From: Armatimonadota bacterium | GTDB taxonomy: Bacteria > Sysuimicrobiota > Sysuimicrobiia > Sysuimicrobiales > Humicultoraceae | Assembly (NCBI GenBank): GCA_037446215.1 | Contig: JBBIJB010000029.1 | Location: 1-27,300, forward strand | Reading direction: 5' to 3' | Length of the DNA stretch: 27,300 nt | Shown: positions 24,754-27,300 of the stretch, one piece after another | Numbering within the stretch: position 1 is the stretch's first letter | Layout: every line of letters starts with the position of its first letter | Notes under the pieces: generated by a model | Databases searched by the model: none | The model's input: the letters and a program-made list of their open reading frames with translations, nothing else | Told to the model about the DNA's origin: nothing | Translations under genes and position numbers: made by a program

Positions 24754-26844
24754 ATGATGGGCCTGCTGAGAAGCCAGAGGGGAATGGCGCTGGCCGCGGT
24801 CCTGACCGTGATACTCATCCTGTCCCTGCTGGGGGGGCTGATCCTCTACCTCAGCGGCAAGGAGATCGGGTTGAGCGCGGTGCGGGTGCTCGGGGCACAG
24901 GGCATGTACATAGCCGAGGGCGGGGCCTATTCGGCGCGGGCGGCCCTCATGGCGCTCATGAACGCCGACCCGATCGGGGCGACCACCCTGGACGGCTCAC
25001 TGGACGGCACGACACTGCACACCTGGTACGCCGGGGGCGATCCCGCGCTGCAGAACGCATTCGGCATATTCAACTTCCTGGTCCTAGATGGGGTAAGGTA
25101 CGTCCTCGCCGCGACGTCAGCCACGGAGTCGCTCGCCTTTCACGTCAACTGGGGGGTTCCCCAGCCCCACCGCAAGCTCGTGGCGGCCGCCGGGGCTCCG
25201 CCCTCCAACGCGCTCGGAGAGGGCAGCTACACGGCCACGGTGACCGTGCGCAGGAGGCTGGGACCCCATCCGACGGACGCATCCCAGCCCCTGCGGTACA
25301 TCCAGCGGGTTTGGGTCCCGGACAAGACGGACTACGTGTACGAGTTCTTCTACTCGTACGAGGTCGTCGCCGACGGCCGCGTGAACCCGCAGGCCCGCCG
25401 CCGTATCGGGCTGCGGGGCGACTACAGCCTGGTCGCGTCTCGGCTGAGCTTCGCGGAGTATGCCCTCTTCACCCACGTCCACACGGGTCCCGCGGGGGAG
25501 GCACTGTGGTTCGCCAACATGTCGTTCTACGACGGCCCGGTTCACACCAACGGGGAGTTCAGGTTCGCCTACTTCCCGAAGTTCGGCACCCCGGACTACA
25601 ACGTGCCCTGCCGGGACGCCAACGCGTCCACAACCCGCCTGACCAGCGCCGGGACGCACGCCCACTTCTTCAACAGGGGCAGCGCTGTCCGGCTCGCGGC
25701 CAACGAGAACGTGGACTCGAGGGGGAGCAGGGTCGACGCCCCGGTGGTGCCCGACTGCGATACCAACTTCAGCAACGACCACGACAACCCCCCTGCCAAC
25801 TTCACCCGGGGCGCGCCGGTCATACCCCTGCCCAGCAACCCCTACAGCCAGCAGGGGGTATCCATAGGGCGTGACCCGGCCGATACCACACTCGTCTCCA
25901 ACTCGCAGATACGGCAGGCTGTACCCGAGCTCGCGAACAACTCGGATCCGGTTCCGGCCGGCATCTACGTTCCTGTAACGGACACCAACGCGGACGGGGT
26001 CTCGAATGCCGGGGAGCCCATGCGGGGCGGGATCTACGTGCAGGGCAACCTGGACAGCCTGACCCTCGGCATGACCCACAGCACGGCCTCGCCGGGCGCG
26101 TGCAGCCTGCCCGCGGGGACGCCGGGCGGGTGCGCGGTGTACACCCTGGTCCAGGGAGGGCAGACCGTCACCGTGGTGGTGGACCGGGCCACCCAGAGGA
26201 CGACGGTCACCAACACCTCCTGGCCGGTTGCCTCCCGGACGCGGACCTTCGAAGGCGTGCCCAAGGGGTGGCAGGGCCCGGGTCAGAGCAGCGCGGCCGT
26301 CGTCTTCGTAGCGGGGAACATCGCTTCGCTCCACGGGACGCTGGAGGAGAAGGAACAGACCACGATAGCAGGATCAGGACGCATAGACATCACCAACCAC
26401 ATCCTCTACGAGGTGCCGCCGAGGGTCCACGATCCGAACCACAACCCGCTTAACGTGCTCGGCATCTACTCGGCCAACAACGACATCAGGTTCGTCACGA
26501 ACCCCAACGACCCGTCCACGAGAGACCTCGACATCCACGGAGTGCTGATGGCGGGCAACCTGGGCGACGGGTTCAACAGCCGGATCTTCAACTCGACCTG
26601 GAACGAGCCGCCCAACAGAGGGTACATTCGGCTGATCGGAGGGATGATCGCGGAGTACCTCGGGGTCTTCGGGGTGATGAACGCCGCCGGTCAGCTAGTC
26701 AGGGGCTACGGATCGGACTTCCTGTACGACCGGCGGATGAGCCGGGGCTTCATGCCGCCCTACTTCCCGACGATCGACCGGTACCACGTGAACGCCGTGA
26801 ACCTCGCCGGTCGCCGCCCGACCTGGCGCGAAGGGTCGCCGTGA
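24754..26844 (+). CDS. Large PilX/GspK-like pilin with DUF4900/ComZ-like C-terminal region
   Basis: QRG|MALAAVL lacks E5 (a PilX/GspK trait), followed by YIAEGG. The body carries FAEYALF, DGPVHTNG, GIYVQG and terminal YDRRM...PPYFP. Confidence 0.75.
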   Translation: MMGLLRSQRGMALAAVLTVILILSLLGGLILYLSGKEIGLSAVRVLGAQGMYIAEGGAYSARAALMALMNADPIGATTLDGSLDGTTLHTWYAGGDPALQNAFGIFNFLVLDGVRYVLAATSATESLAFHVNWGVPQPHRKLVAAAGAPPSNALGEGSYTATVTVRRRLGPHPTDASQPLRYIQRVWVPDKTDYVYEFFYSYEVVADGRVNPQARRRIGLRGDYSLVASRLSFAEYALFTHVHTGPAGEALWFANMSFYDGPVHTNGEFRFAYFPKFGTPDYNVPCRDANASTTRLTSAGTHAHFFNRGSAVRLAANENVDSRGSRVDAPVVPDCDTNFSNDHDNPPANFTRGAPVIPLPSNPYSQQGVSIGRDPADTTLVSNSQIRQAVPELANNSDPVPAGIYVPVTDTNADGVSNAGEPMRGGIYVQGNLDSLTLGMTHSTASPGACSLPAGTPGGCAVYTLVQGGQTVTVVVDRATQRTTVTNTSWPVASRTRTFEGVPKGWQGPGQSSAAVVFVAGNIASLHGTLEEKEQTTIAGSGRIDITNHILYEVPPRVHDPNHNPLNVLGIYSANNDIRFVTNPNDPSTRDLDIHGVLMAGNLGDGFNSRIFNSTWNEPPNRGYIRLIGGMIAEYLGVFGVMNAAGQLVRGYGSDFLYDRRMSRGFMPPYFPTIDRYHVNAVNLAGRRPTWREGSP

Positions 26845-27272
26845 GCACCCGAAGCCGCCAGGGGGGATACTCCCTCCTGGAGCTGGTCGTGGTGGGGATG
26901 GTGGTGGCGGTGCTGCTCGGGCTCGCAGTTTCGAACTGGCACGGCCACGCCGAGCGGCAGCGTCTCCGCTACGGCGTGGCCCAGGTCGCCTCCGCCCTGC
27001 GGGTGGCGGTCGAGCGTGCCAAGGCCGAGCGCATCGCCTACACCGTGACCTTCAATGCGGACTCCGGCGACTACACGATCGCTCGAAGCGGAGGAGGGTT
27101 CCTGGAGAACGCGCGCCTGCCCGACCGGGTGACGGCCGAGCGCAACCTCATCGTCACCGTCTCCGCGTTTGGGCGGCCCGATGCCGCGTGCACGGTGACG
27201 GTCCGGAACGGATCGGGTACAGCCGCGGCCTCGATCAACGCCGCGGGGGGAATCAGCTACCAGGAGCCCTAG
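26841..27272 (+). CDS. Type IV minor pilin (FimT/FimU/GspH-like)
   Basis: QGG|YSLLELVVV with E5; VASALRVAVERAKAE. Start overlaps the upstream stop (GTGA). Confidence 0.85.
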   Translation: MSTRSRQGGYSLLELVVVGMVVAVLLGLAVSNWHGHAERQRLRYGVAQVASALRVAVERAKAERIAYTVTFNADSGDYTIARSGGGFLENARLPDRVTAERNLIVTVSAFGRPDAACTVTVRNGSGTAAASINAAGGISYQEP

Positions 27273-27300
27273 TCCGCCACGTAGACCACGCGCAGGATCT

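Overview
GC-rich bacterial chromosomal segment with a Terrabacteria-like gene set (CIRCE-groEL, DUF881, rpsU-yqeY, alaS-ruvX-DUF1292-mltG-yqeG, a SigB/F-type sigma). An Armatimonadota/CSP1-3-like lineage is only a guess. The first ~17 kb is mostly housekeeping: tRNA-His, stand-alone groEL, a probable 6S RNA that the ORF track cannot show, thiolase, rpsU with a long structured leader, a class-III aminotransferase, an Opp/Dpp-type ABC cassette with a frameshifted binding-protein gene, and the alaS cluster. The last ~10.4 kb looks like one c-di-GMP regulatory module: a membrane GAF-HD-GYP protein, a degenerate GGDEF protein with an intact I-site, two Roadblock/MglB-like proteins, a TPR-lytic transglycosylase, two near-identical c-di-GMP-I riboswitches (one directly upstream of the SigB-family sigma gene) and a type IV minor-pilin operon with a large PilX/ComZ-like gene. 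A SigB-type promoter motif, G[AT]CTAG-N14-GGGNA, recurs five times with identical spacing: upstream of the sigma gene itself, the HD-GYP gene, the pilin operon and two small wHTH-like genes. This suggests a riboswitch-gated, autoregulated alternative-sigma regulon controlling pili. All calls were made by eye; no searches were run.
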